Below are positions 1 through 64,000 of a stretch of 64,000 bases of DNA, one piece after another. The notes beneath the pieces were generated by a model. That model worked only from the letters and a program-made list of their open reading frames with translations, made no database searches and was not told the origin of the DNA. Numbering within the stretch: the stretch's first letter is position 1; every line of letters starts with the position of its first letter. This DNA comes from Saccostrea cucullata (Eukaryota), in assembly GCF_032062105.1 (NCBI RefSeq), contig NW_026937595.1, positions 1 through 64,000 of the forward strand. The letters are read 5' to 3'. A program made the translations under genes and the position numbers.

Positions 1-21
1 GTTTTGGATTTCTAATTTAAG

Positions 22-7619
<7,598 letters not shown>

Positions 7620-10600
7620 TTCATGTTGCCATAGTAACCGTGTGAGTGTTGCTGGTCACACTTGAGATAAAACAGTTTTATAGTCGCCCTGCAGCTTTGT
7701 GTGGAAATACAAGTATAAGCATTTTGAATTTTTAAAAATAACACTTTTTTGTGAAGAGGTTGAGATGCTTTATTTCCTGATACAAGATAATGTGATATTG
7801 CTTGTTGTTTTAGCAGCTTGATATTGATAGCTTGTTAGATATTAAACCGATTCTTAAATGAATGTTAAGAGTAAATTGTCATAAGGCAATTGTTGTTAGT
7901 GCTTTTGGGGTTTTGTTTTTTGTTGAAAAAAGTAGCATAATTGTTTTCTATAATGTTTTCAATGTTTTCAAATTACTCCTTTTGGATGGGAGTGTGTATT
8001 TTTATCCTTGAATTCAGTGAGATTTGATCTCATAGTTTGCTAACTGTATGCATGTTCATAATTCTGACTTTTTATGGAAAAAAAATTAAACCCAAAAAGA
8101 AAAAGAACTGACTTTGACATTATTCTACCAATTTTTCCTATCTTGTCCTAACAGTTAACATATGCCATAAGGTTTAATTGAATTAAGCTCAATGTCTGCC
8201 TCCTACAAATCACTAATGAGTAATGTCTATAGTGAAGTTAAAGTGTGAACCATAAAACCTTTCTGTATCCAGTTTTTATTTGCATATCTGTTTTGTTTGG
8301 GGTTTTTTTGACATATTTAGTATAATTTGTATCGTATAGTGTTGACCTTCCTGGGCTTACTAAGCTTTTTAAAAGTGACCTACCTGTACTGGGTAATTGT
8401 TAACAGTAGACAATCATTTAGAGATCTACATATATGACTTTATAAAGTCAGATCAGTTCTATGTTTTTGGAGAATTTCTTTCTTTTAACGCCTGTTGTTG
8501 GATTATTCTCCCTTGTTCCATAAAAGCAAAAAAACGTCAAAACCTAATTTTTAAATACTTTTTTACTTTGTAATTGAATGTTTGGTGTGCAAATATTGAG
8601 TTTCAGTGGAACACATATGTATTTTGATGATATGAATGGTTTTTTTTTTTTATTATTTGGATTTACTTCAAGTTATTTTAGAAGATATATGTACCTGAAT
8701 TTGTCCCAAAACTGTGGGTTTTTTTTTTTTTTTCGTTTTTATATTTTGTTGGGAGTGAAAATCCTACCTTCTTATGTATGAAAGTAAATTTTTGAACGGT
8801 AGTTTTTTCTGTTTTCTTTCAGTTTGCAGTGAACAAATTCTGCTTAATAGTCATCATTTACAACTCAGGTCTTTTGTTCCATAAAGGATTTTTTTTTTAC
8901 TGTAGGCCATAATAAAGCAAACTGCAATAAATAAATATTTACATTTCTAGTGTAAATACAGTGTATTAAATAGTAAACATTTTTTTTTTCAATATACCAA
9001 TCTCTTTACACACAAGTTAAAAATTATATTTGCATTTAATGTTTGAAAATATTGATGTTACAGATTTTTTCAGGAAATACATGTACATGCATCCACTAGC
9101 TTACGAAACAGAATATACAGGCCATGAGATGCAAAGACAAAGAAAATGTTCTTAGATCAAAAAGCATTTAAATTAATGTTTAACGGACAATTTTTTTAAA
9201 GTTAAGTGTACTGAAATGTCAGAATTTTAATCAAAGGCTTAATCATTTATACAGCTTGCATTCAACTTTGATTTTTCCTCATGCCTGGAGAGTTGTGTAT
9301 GTTTAACCTTAAAACATGTATTTGCTTTTTGTTAAAAATGAAAATAAAAGTTACCAAGTACAATATTAACCCTCTGTATATTCTTATTTTAAATTGAAAA
9401 GAAAGTCTTCAAATAGAAACCAATTAAACTGTAGGTTCCATGTTTGGTGACTGGATAGATAGAAGAGATCCACATAATTAAACCATTCTTACTGCCTCTA
9501 CCTTGAATGAGGATTATAACACTCCTAAATGTCATAAGTAGTCTTTGTGTTAAGGTCTGAGGAGGCCATCTTATAAGCAAAAAAAATGTTTTTCCCTCAC
9601 CTTTTCCTGACTTAACTAACTGGCTAAAATGGCTCAATTTGTTTAAAACATAATAGAAACGGTATTGTTTTCCTTCTGATTTTTTTTATCCCATCAACAA
9701 GAATGCTGAATTTTTAAAAGAAGAATACTAGTACCACACCTACTGATCTTCATTTTTAGCCCTGAGTTTGGCGGAGGCAAACATTTTAAAGATGGCCTGA
9801 CATATGTTCTATTATTGATTGTGTCGTCTGGCCTTAATAAAGTTCCAGTTTTATTCAATGGAAAGTGATGGACATGGCATAAATATACGTTTTTTCATGC
9901 CATTGAACTTGACTGGGTCTAGGTCACGACACAATCCTAGGTCACTAGCGAAAAGAAGTTCCAATTCAGTTCCACTACAAAATATGACCTGGACCAATCG
10001 GAAGAGAGTCTTGTGTTTATAGTTTGTTGAAGTTGACGGCTGACTGTACATAGATACACATGTATTTATAAATAAATCAAAAATTTAAATGATTCAGAGA
10101 AAGCCAAACATCCTATAAAGAGCGCATTCAGGTACATAATCAGGTTAAAAATAGGTTCCTTTTGGTTCCGTTATTAAAGTACACTTAAAATACAGTCAAA
10201 TAAAAAAAAGACCAAGTGTTAATATTTCTTAAAGTAACTTACAGATAAAAATGCCAGGATTGTTATCTTTAACCTTGAATATAAAATGGTGCTAAGATTT
10301 TCATATTTCACGTGTATTGAATTCATCGTGATGAGACCTTTTAATAGGTATAGATATTTTTGACCTTGCCCGTTGTTTGGCCTTCTTTAAAAAATAACCT
10401 TAGCTATAAGAACTTAAGTAGAGCTTTCTTTCACAGGTATATTCTTTTTGACAAGACCTCCCTTCTGGATACCTCCAATTGACCTTGGAGTATGACCTTC
10501 CTTTGAAAAACCTTAACCTTAGCCATAAAATGTGAATAGTTTATGGTTTACTTGTGTATTTCTAATGACAAGGTCTTCTCCTGTGTACCAATAATTTTGA

Positions 10601-11730
10601 CAAATTGAAATTGTCTTTGGACTCACTATTAGGAAACATTAACATACACAATAACTTTTCATTGTTGATTCTTTTCCTTTTATGTTGATCAGGTAAAGCC
10701 ACTGTGTGACTGACACAAGTCTTCTCTTTTTGCTACATTTTTGGTAACATTTTTATCTTTTGACCTACATGTTAGGAGTTTTACTTGTATTTTAGAAATT
10801 TAAAACATTCGACACTAAGCTGACATACGTGGACATCGGTGTTTTACAAACATATCTTGTTTTTACCTTAGAAAGTGAGCTTAATGGGCTTTCGTACTTG
10901 AGAATAATACTGTTGCGTTTACTTGCATTTTGTCACGTAATCCAATTCACAGAAATTCCAGGACCCGGAAATAAATTTCATCGATCACTTTACAAACAAT
11001 GAACTGTTATCAACCTATGTCAGTCCAGCACTATTTTGTTATGTAATATCCACTGAAGATTAAATTAATATATGTTTGGTATATTTGAGAAATCAGATTC
11101 GCCATACATGTGCACATGTATCATTTTTAACAGCAATATATTGCATGGCGCATTTTTGACAAGTTCAGATAACTATGAGAGAGGTGTCCTTACACTAGAA
11201 TACATGCCACTGGGGCCATGAATCTCACAGCTTTGGACGAGACATCTTTGTTTATCACATCTAATCATTCTGTATAATTAAATTTTATTATCTCATCAAC
11301 ACAGCCTTGCTTTAACACTACAACCCTATAATGATACGTATTTTTTGAACATATATATAGCTCACTACTTTGTGATTGTAATGACAAGGGTAACAGTTCA
11401 CTGCCTTGAGTCCAGACCCTCAGATCACGAAACAGGCTTTGTCCGTTTCAATTACTTGTAAAATATATAATTATGAATTATTACAGAAATCTTTAAATTT
11501 GCCGATAGCTTAGCTAATTTCTGCAAAATATTTATATTTTTATTTCATTTTACAACATTTCTATTCACGGTTTAGCCCCCCCCCCCACTTTGAATTTGCT
11601 TCCGACGCCTACTCATTGTCGCCATTGCCTGCCGTGAAATGGGGCCTCAGATTTTTAAAATTTCTCATCTGAAAGATCCGCAACTTTCATTTCTGAGTGC
11701 CCAGTGCATGGCGGAGGAACAGTCGCAACA

Positions 11731-11731
<1 letters not shown>

Positions 11732-11770
<39 letters not shown>

Positions 11771-11872
11771 GATTCTCACAAACAGCCTGAGGTCAGCCGC
11801 GGCCTGAGATTCGAACTCATAAACTTCCTATCACGGAGAGAGAGAGCGCTATGTACATGTACCAACTGGGCT
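11732..11872 (-). mobile_element. Short tRNA-derived SINE-like fragment with A-rich tail
   Basis: B-box GAGTTCGAATC on the - strand, followed by a long A run (T run 11732-11767). Confidence 0.4.
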
Positions 11873-12199
11873 TGTAAACGGTTCAAAAAGAGGAAAAGCT
11901 TAATTACATTAAGTTTGATGGTTTTATCCTCACCCATTATGGCTGATCGATTATATATTGTTATATTTTGTCGGCAATATTTCAGCCGTTAAATGAGATC
12001 CCAATAAGAGGAAAGGATCATGAAATCCAAAATTTTTGTTCCTCTTCCTCCCACCCTGATTTGAGCAAAAATGGATTAAAATTGGTACAGAGGTTTCAGT
12101 GAAAATGCTGAAAATATTTGAATATGAACTTGCGACTGATGTCGCATGCACAACGGATGTCACAGACACGACGGCGACGCAAACTGATGGCATTAAATC

Positions 12200-12728
12200 T
12201 AGCTGCAGATCTGTAGCGTTATGGTTTTATATATTTGTCTTTGACCATAACGCTACAGATCCTGTAGTGCAAAAAAAGTGCAATTTACGGCGCAATATTT
12301 CTTGCGCTCTTTTGGGGAGAATTTCTCCACTTTATAGCTTTGGTCAATCAACTACCTTTCACTCCCTAATTCTAGACACATTCTGTAGCCAAATTGTATA
12401 GTTTATCCACCTCCTAACCATTTATAGTTGTTTCTACAGGCAATAAACTCGCTGGATAAGAATTTTCAGTAATCTAACAAATAATTTTAATCAAGCGAGT
12501 TTACAAAGGGTTGGGAGATGTTTAAAATATACATATTAATTAAATAATGTGTCTAGAATTAGGGTTTGAAAAGTTGTTGATTGAACGATGCTGGAAAGTG
12601 GAGAAATTCTCCACAAAAGAGCGCAAAAAATATTGCGCCGTAAATTGCACCTTTTCTGCACTACGAGATCTGTAGCGTTATGTTCAAAGACAAATATATA
12701 AAACCATAACGCTACAGATCTGCAGCTA
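12200..12728. mobile_element. Foldback non-autonomous DNA transposon (AcademH-like; MULE is the alternative)
   Basis: ~180-bp TIRs beginning TAG and ending CTA; perfect 9-bp TSD CATTAAATC (12191-12199, 12729-12737). Confidence 0.88.
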
Positions 12729-15133
12729 CATTAAATCATGTCATATCTGAATGACCCAGCTCATCCTCAAAGCAACCAATAACAGCAGTTAGACAAGATT
12801 TTTTTTATTTGGCAATATAAACAATGATCATATGGTTGTAGTACAACCAAACAACAGACAACAGTAGCAGACATACTCAACAAATGGATCTAACAATCAC
12901 ACACACTTCTCTAGATACGGCGTATTATAAAATCACCTAGCTTGAAAAAAAATATTTTCTTTCTTTAATAACACTATTTTACCAAATTTAATGACAGTTT
13001 GAAACTGATTCATAGTGTTTTAATTAATGAAGAGAATACATTAACAAATCCATAAAATCTACATGTACATGTACTAATATGACGAACAAATGTGGATTTA
13101 TTTAAAAGAAGAGTTATCTTTCTTTTATAAAATAAATTTATAATGGAACTCTTATTTTCAAAAATCTTTGGTGAACATTAGAAAAAAAAATGATTTTTAA
13201 CATTCATTAACATGATTCTGAACATGAACATAAATACACACAACAAATAATTCATGGATATTTCTTAACTATTCATCACAAGAATTTTTTTTTTACTCTA
13301 TTCACATGACAGGGGTCTAATGTTTACCTCTACAGATGTCTTGAGCAAAGATCACTTTCACAATGGGTTGTGAAGCACAATCAAGAGCAATCTTGTAAAA
13401 CAACTAAATCACACAGAGCAAAATAAAAATACAATTAAAATCTTTAACATTTGCCTATCATTCAAGGTGCATTGAAAACATAAACAAAAGCTGCAATTAG
13501 TAATGAGGTGATTAACTTTAGTGTAAATATTAATTATTATTTTCTATTATGCAACACTTTACGGTATTTCAATCCTCAGGTTCTGAAAATCTGCAACTGC
13601 TAAATTTGATTAAATTTTGAATATCAAGTAGACATATAATTTTTTCTTAATTATTAATACTCAAAATTTACACAACAGGTAGACACAGAGCACATAAAAA
13701 AGTTATTTGACAATTTCCTATAAAAGAAAAAAAACAGCCCCATGGATAACTATATGGTTACCAGAGTACTATACATCCAGACTTTTCTCTTAATCCTCAC
13801 AGTGCACATACTTTCTGTGGGACATATTCTAAGAGGAAACATTTTTTCTACTCATCACAATATCTTTTAGAGACCCACTTTTTTTTATTAACAATTCAGA
13901 CGTTGTACAAAGAGACACTCAAATGCCAAAAAAATTATTGATAAAAAATTTCAATGCAGTCACCTTTATTAACAACTGTGAACAATTAGAAAAAAATAAG
14001 GTCACTACAGATTTCCTTAACCAAATAGTTTACACAAAATATTTCATAGGAATGTGCCATTTCTAAATTAACAAAGTAGCAGAAAAAGAAGGGTGTATTA
14101 ATTCATTCTATACCTTAAAAGCTGGGCATGGAAATAGCACCTTTTAAGATTGTCACATTCAGATTTTGAAAGATACCTAAATTTGTTGAGATAAAAACAC
14201 CACAATTTACAGTTTTGAGAGAGACCCTGCATACCACCTATCGGATAACCTCTGAGCTAAGTATGATCTAATGCTCCTCCAACCTACAACAGCACATTTT
14301 CCAAGTTTTTCAAAATTTGACATTAAAATAATTTATATCAATTAAATGTTTTGAAAAAAATACTAAAGAGATGTAGAGATAACTTCAGAGCAAAAACGTA
14401 TAAAGCCAGACAGATGGACAAAGTGATTACAGTATACTTTCAAACTTTGCTGGTATAAAAATACTAGCTCTTACATCCCATTTCTTGTAAAACACTAGCT
14501 ACTCTAACTGCTGCAGGCATGGAATGTAATAATACATGTACAGTGTCACAACTGATGATATGAAAATATAAATTAAACTTAGCAATCCATGGCATAACAT
14601 AATGCATTGTACCATATTATTTAGACGTGATGTTAAAACAAATACTTGCACATTTCAAACTACATTTTATCCATTTTATGGACATGTAGAGTACATTGGA
14701 TACTTTCAGTAAACATATTGTACATGCAGTGTCATTCTGTGAAATACCTCACTAAAGCTCAAAATGAGGCTTGAAAATTAAAATGAGGCTGGAAATCTGA
14801 GATCTTAAAAACATACACTTGCACATTAGTTCACTCTAGCCATAAAATACTGTTAACCAACTATTATTTGCAACCATTTTTTTTTAAAGTAATGTGAAAT
14901 TCATCCACAAATAAAAAATTTAACCTATGATGACTCTTTATACATAAATGCACAAAAAAATAAAATATTTGCAAGTATTAAAAAGTGTTGTAAACTCAGA
15001 TATATCTTGCAAGCAAATAAAAGTTGATTTATAGTAAAAATGCACTCTGCTATGGATAATTCTTCAGTAGCATAATGGATCAACACAATCTTATATCTTC
15101 ATGTGTTACATTCTAAACTTCTCATCATTTTTA

Positions 15134-15134
<1 letters not shown>

Positions 15135-15170
<36 letters not shown>

Positions 15171-16341
15171 TAATGAGGATAGGGAAAAAGCAGAAATCAG
15201 TTTATACCCAGTAGTGGTCTAAACCAATCCTTAAAAGGGAGATGGTATGATTTAAAAATATTGAACAAACTTGAATCTTCAATAACTAAGGATGCATGCA
15301 TATTTCTTTGATTACCTGTGGCTTTATTGCCCTTCATATTTTAACTTACATTGTGGCCCCGCCCTATACCCCAAGGGGTCATGACTTGAACAAAATTGAA
15401 TCTACACTACCCAACAATGCTTCCATATGAACAGGACTAATCATAGCTTTGCTATTCTTGAAAAGAATTTTAAAGATTTTTTCTACATGTTTCTATGTAA
15501 AACTTGGATTCCATGTTGTGGCCCCGCCCTACCCCTTGGGGTCATGATTTGAACAAAAATTGAATGTCCACTGCCTGAGGATGCTTCTATAAAAATATGA
15601 TCATTCATGCCTTTGCTTTTCTTGAGAAGAAGAATTTTTACTATATATTTCTATGTAACACTTTGATCGGCCATTGTGGCACCGCCCTACCCCCAGGGGT
15701 CATGATTTGAACAAACTTGAATCTACACTACCTGAGAATGCTTCCCTATAAGTTTCATATTTTCTGGCACAGTGTTTCTTGAGAAGAAGATTTTTAAAGA
15801 ATTTTCCTATGTATTTCTATATAAATCTTTGATCGGCCATTTTGGCGCCCCCCTACCCCCAGGGGTCATGAGTTGAACAAACTTGAATCAACACTACCTG
15901 AGGATAATTCCCTATAAGTTTCATCTTTCCTGGCATTGTGGTTCTTGAGAAGAAGATTTTTAAAGAATCTCCAATGTATTTCTATGTAAATCTTTCATCG
16001 GCCATTTTGGCCCCACCCTACCCCCAGGGGTCATGATTTGAACAAACTTGAATCAACACTAGTTGAGGATACTTCCCTATAAGTTTCATCTTTCCTGGCA
16101 CAGTGGTTCTTTAGAAGAAGATGTTTAAAGAATTTTCCTATGTATTTCTATGTAAAATTTTTGTCGGCCATTTTGGCCCCGCCCTTCCCCCAGGGGTCAT
16201 GAGTTGAACAAACTTGAATCTACACTACCTGAGGATGCTTCCCTATAAGTTTCACCTTTCCTGGTACAGTAGTTCTTGAGAAGAAGATTTTTGAAACATA
16301 CCATCAATTTTTTATAATTTCTTAATTATCTCCCCTTGAAT

Positions 16342-16385
<44 letters not shown>

Positions 16386-16386
16386 T

Positions 16387-16444
<58 letters not shown>

Positions 16445-16498
16445 AAAAATGTGAAAAGTTTACAACGACGACGACGACAACAACGACAGACGCCGGAC

Positions 16499-16530
<32 letters not shown>

Positions 16531-16550
16531 TGGCTCAGGTGAGCTAAAAA
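15135..16550 (-). mobile_element. HINE family A, full length, ~166-bp tandem array
   Basis: AAACAAGAGGCCCATGGGCC...GCTCACCTGAG and GCTCACTTGAGCC...GGCTCAGGTGAGCTAAAAA ends, (ACG)n microsatellite. Confidence 0.92.
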
Positions 16551-17346
16551 TAGAAAAACAACAACATATATTCTATATGAAAAATTTCTTTACAACATAC
16601 ACCATCTTGTGTAAACATTTCCTTGAGTTATTTTCCCTGGAACTCTGAACTGTTGGATCCTTCCATATTTCACTTCAGTCAAACACATTTGTCTATCAAC
16701 CAGATTTAAAACAACAAACAAAACAAAACTTTTTTAACCTTGTCACAAATATCACAACAGTGTAACAATACTGATCAAAACAATCTGTAGTACAGATTTC
16801 TGGGTCTCCAATCAAAATCTGTATCTTGTACAGATTTCTGTGTCTCTCTTTTTTTATAATCACTACATTCATGTCCATTTAGCACACCATATATCAATCA
16901 TTTTGTCCACTATTCATTTGTGAACAATCAGATACAACAGACATGTTAACTGTCTAAACTACGCATCACTTGACTGTGATTTTAACTGTCTAACATGATT
17001 CCTTCATAAAAATAAGTCTTCTTGCCAGATGACCAACAATCAAGAGTTGATGCGAGCATGCTACACTTTTTTGATGCAATATATTTATTCCAGAGAATAT
17101 TTGAATGACACAAAGCATGTGTACATTTTACAGTTTGAAATTAACTCCTCGTTGCAAGGATTTGGAAATAAATTCGAAGCCAAAGATCGAGCGGAGCACT
17201 TGACTGAAGAAGTAATTATGACATCACAGTAATGTGACATCATAGGATTATGACATCACAGTAAGGCACCAAGCAAACAACATGGAGAGTACGACTGACA
17301 TATTGCTTAGCACAGAAAAAAATAACCACAATCCAATGTTTCTCTG

Positions 17347-61428
<44,082 letters not shown>

Positions 61429-62145
61429 GCGGAATTCCTCGTGACTTTACCTTGACAGTTGGGTAATGAATATTTAACCAAATAGTAAGGCGGACGTGAT
61501 GATTTCGGCATATTGATTCCACTAAAGTGAAGTGTCTCCTTCTAAACGATTGTAATCAGGAAGAATTACCATCTCAAGGTAGCCCTATAACACGGACGAC
61601 TGACATGCGAGCACTGTGCTTTCCAGAAAAAAACAACGTAAAATTAGAAATGATAACGTTAAATGTCGATCCGGGATGAAAGAACGAATGTGTGAAGTAT
61701 TCTCTCACATCTGATCTTATATAGCCAAGAATAATAAAACAATATACACGTGTACATATATAGAAAAGATAATGCAGAATTTCACAAATATCAGTTAACA
61801 TGGATGTTTTGAACTATATACTGTCGTTAGTATTTTCCCTTTAATTCATTGAAGTAATATTAAGAAAATGAAATGATTAATCAAAATTTAAATAAAATTA
61901 AATTAAATAAAAAGCATAAATAATTTGTACTGTATATTAAGACAATCATGTTTATTTTGATGAGAGTAGAAGACCTTTTTTTTTTATTAATCTATATAAT
62001 ATCTTTTTATTTAATTAGGTTAAAAAACCTGACTTTAACTTTACACTCTTGTGGGTGTTTCGTGATCATTAACTCTAAAATTATTGCCGTGTTTTGTTCT
62101 AAATTCCAAACTCGCTAAAAAAAAAAAAAAAATGCAGAGCTGAAA

Positions 62146-62183
62146 GTGCACAGCACGTGTTCGTTTAAAAATACAGCGTGTAC
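62146..62183 (-). promoter_or_regulatory. Candidate hypoxia-response element / E-box upstream of EGLN1-like gene
   Basis: CACGTG at 62154-62159 (minus-strand context ACGTGCTGTGCAC) with a nearby GCGTG; further ACGTG cores at 61747-61752 and 61494-61498. Confidence 0.35.
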
Positions 62184-62589
62184 TTTCCAGGGGCGGATCC
62201 AACAGTTTTTGAAAGGGACGAATCGGTGCCCCGACATTAATTCATGACTGCATAAAATAATAAATTCTATCAGACTAGATGAAATTCTGCCCATGCATCT
62301 CTATATATCATCTCTATATATCATATGCATATACATGTATTCATGCATATGCTTTGTACAAAGTCAGATGAAAATAGTCATATTACAAAGGAATTTATAG
62401 AAGAAATCTTTTCCCCATGAACAGCAAAGCCATGATTGATCATATCAATATGGAAGCACTCTCAGGTAATGTATATTCAAGTTTGTTCAAATCATGACCC
62501 CCAGGGGTATAAGGTATAGGGCCACAACGTGTGATCAAACTTTTTGTTTTACGTAGGAAAAATTCTGTATAAATCTTTTCAAGAACAGC

Positions 62590-64000
62590 AAAACCATTAT
62601 TGGTCATGATAATATACTTTAACTAAAAACTTTAACCTTGCCCTTAACCTTTGATTGGGTAGAGCTATGACTATCATGTATTTCACATGTTTATCATTGT
62701 GACAAGACCTTCCTTTGTGCACCAACATAACTTTTGAACAGTTGGTGCTAGGGCTTTCGTATTTCACACGTTTATTTATTGTAACAAGACTTTAAATGGA
62801 TATAAATAATTTTGACCCTGACCTTAAAGTTTGACCCACTTTTTAAAAACTGTAACCTGAGCCATAACTTTCGAACAGTTAACATGCAGTGGGGCTTTCA
62901 AATTTCACAGATACATATTGATTATATTCTTTGAGACAAGACTTTTCTTTGGATACCAACAATTTTTTTTGCCTTTTGACCTAATTGGGGTTTCACATAC
63001 TTTTAAAAAACTTTAATCTTCGCCATTACATTTGAACAGTTGGGCAAAGGCTTTTATATTTTGCAGACTGTATTTCTTATGACAATGTCTTTCCTTGCAT
63101 ACCAATAATTTTGACCCTTTGACCTTGGTGTTTGACCAACTTATTAAAACAATGAATGGGTCAAACATAACTTTTGAATGGTTGGTGCTTGGACTTCCAA
63201 ATTGACCAGTACATATAATATATCCATTGACACAAGCCCTTTCTTATGGTAATGACATTTTGGATCTCTTTGACTTGCATTTGAAAAACTTTAACTTTCG
63301 TCAAAAGCTTCCATACAGGGGCATCAGAGTTTTACAAACACATCTTGTTTTCTTGTTCTTCTTTCATTGTTGAATCATCTAGCCACAACGTACATTTTTT
63401 TCTTTACAATAGCTTTACCTTTTTATACCTGAGTGCGAGTCAAGGGCAAGCAAAATAACTTTTCAGGTTGTTGGTACCCATTAATAGAAGAAATACATGT
63501 GAAATATGAAAGCCAGAGCTCCACCCAATCAAAAGATACGTCTGTTTGTATGTATGTTCGCCAAAACTCTAATTGTGCCCATAACTTTTGATTGGTTGGA
63601 GGTATGTCTTTTGTATTTCACGTGTATATTTCTCGTGACACGATCTTCCTTTAGGTATCAACGCATTTGACCTCTTCATCTTGGAGTTTGGCCCACTTTT
63701 GCAAACTTTCCCCAAACCCAAACCTTGGCTGTCACTTTTGAACATCTACAGCTAGGGCTTTCATAATTTAGTAAATTTACACGTGTATTCAACAGGACAA
63801 GACCTTCCCAATGGTGTAAATATTTTTGACCTTAGACTTTGACCCACTTTGAAAATATTTTAACCTTGGCAATAACTTTAGAACACTTAGACTAGGGCTT
63901 TCAAATTTTACAGGTATATTCCTTGTAAAATGACCTTCCTTTGGATGCCAATATTTGACATTGACCTTGAAGTTTCACCTACTGTTGAAAAACTTAATTT
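62590..64000 (+). mobile_element. Degenerate HINE-like tandem-repeat elements (related copy ~10250-10865)
   Basis: Repeated TTTAACCTTGGCCATAACTTT/GACAAGACCTT motifs; GTTTTACAAACA(C/T)ATCTTGTTTT end at ~63350 and ~10862. Confidence 0.65.

Noticed and set aside
11639-12401. ORFs of 80-117 aa
   Set aside because: They run through a poly-T tract, repeat fragments and a foldback TIR.

Overview
AT-rich, intron-rich animal genomic DNA. The repeat families resemble those of bivalve molluscs, probably an oyster (inference). Two host genes converge tail to tail. (1) The 3' part of UDP-glucose pyrophosphorylase (UGP2, + strand, 11 coding exons, 22-7619), which includes a U12-type intron. (2) An EGLN1/PHD2-like HIF prolyl hydroxylase (- strand, 61428 to ~17347) with a MYND finger, a 36-kb first intron and two possible C-termini. 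Inside that intron, in the same orientation, lies an apparently intact ~18.4-kb autonomous Helentron (Helitron2-type). Its uninterrupted 2364-aa ORF fuses a herpesvirus-tegument-like cysteine protease, charged repeats, a Zn-finger region, a HUH-Y2 Rep, a Pif1 helicase and an EEP endonuclease; its 3' end abuts the acceptor of EGLN exon 2. EGLN intron 2 holds a 1.5-kb Penelope-like derivative with a 15-bp target duplication and a minimal hammerhead ribozyme. The rest is dense with non-autonomous Helentrons carrying satellite-like arrays, MITEs, SINE-like copies, an AcademH-like foldback, a Crypton-like remnant with a long palindrome, and a 34-bp minisatellite rich in kappaB-consensus sites. All calls were made by eye from the sequence and the ORF track; no searches were run.
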